Positions 43,177 through 44,667 of a stretch of 44,667 nucleotides of DNA are shown here, piece by piece. Each line of letters begins with the position of its first letter. Positions within the stretch are counted from its first letter, which is position 1. This stretch comes from Candidatus Omnitrophota bacterium (GTDB lineage Bacteria > Omnitrophota > Gorgyraeia > Tantalellales > Tantalellaceae): positions 43,909-88,575 of the forward strand of contig JADFYD010000001.1 in assembly GCA_015233235.1 (NCBI GenBank). Reading direction: 5' to 3'. The position numbers were made by a program, and so were the translations under genes. The notes under the pieces are model-generated. The model was not told where the DNA came from and searched no databases. It saw only the letters and a list, made by a program, of their open reading frames with translations.

Positions 43177-44667
43177 AATACCTCTATCTCAAGTTCCAGG
43201 TCTACATCAAATTTTTCGTTCACTTTTTCTTTTATGGTCTTTATGAGAGCCCTGATGTCTTTTGAAGTCGCGCCGCCCGAGTTCACGATAAAATTAGCAT
43301 GCTTTTCGGAAACAACCGCGCCTCCTATTTTGAGGCCCTTAAGCCCTGCCATATCGATCAACTGTCCGGTTTTAAGAACGCCAGTTCCCGGATTTTTGAA
43401 AACACAGCCCAGGGTCAGGTCATCCAGCGGCTGCTTCAGTATTTTTTCCGACATAAATTCCTTGATCCTCCCGGAAACCGCATCGGAGGATGACTCTTCA
43501 AGGTTAAATACGGCTTCGAGCACGATCCAGCTTTCCGGGATAGACGATACTCTGTAGGAAAAATTAAGATCTTTTTTGTTGACCACTCTTACGGCACCCT
43601 CACCGTCCACGACTTTGAGCGAGATCAGCTTGTCCGATATCGTGACTTTATATCCGGCATTACCTTCTATCGCCCCGCCGACCGTCCCGGGGATACCTAC
43701 CATTCCTTCAAAACCCGAAAGACCCGCCTTCGCGGATTCGGCGATAAGTTTGCCGAGCGGAGTCCCCGCCCCGGCGGTCAAACAATTTCCATTTATCCTT
43801 ACAAAATTAAAATCAGGCGCCGATAATTTAACAAAAACCATATTCGTAAAACTGTCCGAAAAAAGAATATTCGAACCAGCCCCAACTATTTTAAAGCCGA
43901 TGTCTTCTTCCCTCGCCGTCTCGACAAACGACATGAGTTCCGCAGAAGATGACGGTTCGTACCACGCTGCAGCTTCGCCTCCTATCCCGATCGAACTATG
44001 CTTCCCCAAAGGCTCGTTAAAACATACTTTACCGCCGCTTTTAGAGGAAAGCTCCGAAAGAAGGCCTTTTACAAGATCACCCGTCAAGTTGGACAATTTC
44101 ATTTTCGTATTGGTATTTTTTTCTTCGATCGCCTTGGCGATGCCACCGGCAATAAGGTTAATATCACCGGCCGCCATCAAAATCACCGTATCGCCGGGTT
44201 CGGCGGTGCTCACGACAAATTCGACGACGGAATTTTTGCGCATGAATTCCGCGCGTAAAAAACGCGCCTTGTCGATCTTGTCATAAACATACTTCGCGTC
44301 CTTGCCTCCGAACGGGAGCTCGTCTGCGGCGTAAATATCGGTCAAAGTCAAGACATCCGCTCCATAGAAACATTCGGCAAACTCGTCCGCGAGGTCATTC
44401 GTCCGGGTGTATCTGTGAGGCTGGAACACCACAATAAGTTTTCCGCTTCCTACATAAGAACGCGCCGCATGGATCACTGCCTTGATCTCGGTGGGATGAT
44501 GCGCGTAATCTTCGAAAATATCTATCCCGCCGGCGGTATACAGACGATAAAAACGCCGTTTCACCGTTTTAAACACTTCCACGGCATTTTGTATGCCCTT
44601 AAAATCAAGACCCATTTCCAGAGCAAGGCCGCACGCGGCCACAAGGTTCATGACATTGTGCCGCCCG
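43173..44667 (-). CDS. MurC (C-terminal part; 5' end outside the window) fused in frame to MurB
   Basis: The reading frame is open to the window edge (..GRHNVMNLVAA.. is the MurC mid-domain). It continues with DYAHHPTEI and FQPHRYTRT (MurC C-domain), then an ~15-aa linker, then full-length MurB (GIGGEA, VGAGSNIL, GIPGTVGGA, FKNP, SEKHANFIVN). There is no stop codon between the two parts. Confidence 0.85.
   Translation of the reverse strand, partial: GRHNVMNLVAACGLALEMGLDFKGIQNAVEVFKTVKRRFYRLYTAGGIDIFEDYAHHPTEIKAVIHAARSYVGSGKLIVVFQPHRYTRTNDLADEFAECFYGADVLTLTDIYAADELPFGGKDAKYVYDKIDKARFLRAEFMRKNSVVEFVVSTAEPGDTVILMAAGDINLIAGGIAKAIEEKNTNTKMKLSNLTGDLVKGLLSELSSKSGGKVCFNEPLGKHSSIGIGGEAAAWYEPSSSAELMSFVETAREEDIGFKIVGAGSNILFSDSFTNMVFVKLSAPDFNFVRINGNCLTAGAGTPLGKLIAESAKAGLSGFEGMVGIPGTVGGAIEGNAGYKVTISDKLISLKVVDGEGAVRVVNKKDLNFSYRVSSIPESWIVLEAVFNLEESSSDAVSGRIKEFMSEKILKQPLDDLTLGCVFKNPGTGVLKTGQLIDMAGLKGLKIGGAVVSEKHANFIVNSGGATSKDIRALIKTIKEKVNEKFDVDLELEIEVL

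Overview
This 44.7-kb bacterial chromosomal window carries about 46 CDS and one tRNA, and every gene I can support lies on the minus strand. All long plus-strand ORFs look like antisense shadows. Many gene junctions are tight or overlap as ATGA.

Gene content, read right to left in transcription order:
- End of a dcw cluster: a murC-murB fusion truncated by the window edge, then ddl, ftsQ and an ftsA-like gene. No ftsZ follows.
- proC-yggT-yggU-mtnP.
- ileS-lspA-lgt-rluD-aroA.
- mreB-mreC-mreD-mrdA-rodA plus a TIGR03960-type radical SAM gene.
- A compact type IV pilus/T2SS-like module: pilT, a stand-alone MshEN/T2SSE_N domain gene, two tandem pilB paralogues, pilC and one pilin.
- A small membrane protein, a Memo-family protein, a patatin and a flippase-like membrane protein.
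- aroQ-pepP-efp-accB-accC.
- An AmaP/Asp23-like protein, then gmhA-hldC.
- A thiamine group: ThiD2-like, thiC and a PfkB kinase.
- tRNA-Gly(CCC).
- An orphan AAA ATPase coupled to a metallophosphoesterase.
- A GAF/HD-GYP protein, a hypothetical membrane protein, a SPOR protein, and a PVC-type small basic protein with a histone-H1-like repeat tail.

I saw no CRISPR array, integrase, transposase or rRNA.

The most unusual signals:
1. The pilus module, including a free-standing MshEN domain with a near-canonical c-di-GMP-binding tandem motif, and duplicated PilB ATPases.
2. Two GC-rich three-way-junction elements of about 150-160 nt, each closed by a long stem, in the two largest intergenic gaps (24125-24285 and 31499-31646).
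3. Heptanucleotide tandem repeats placed just after stop codons in four intergenic regions. One of them forms a canonical G-quadruplex motif on the sense strand.
4. An FtsA homologue whose three nucleotide-binding motifs are all degenerate, with no ftsZ at the canonical position.
5. A MurC-MurB fusion.

The taxon is not determinable from here. The small basic protein and the gene content hint at a PVC-related or uncultivated lineage, which is inference only.
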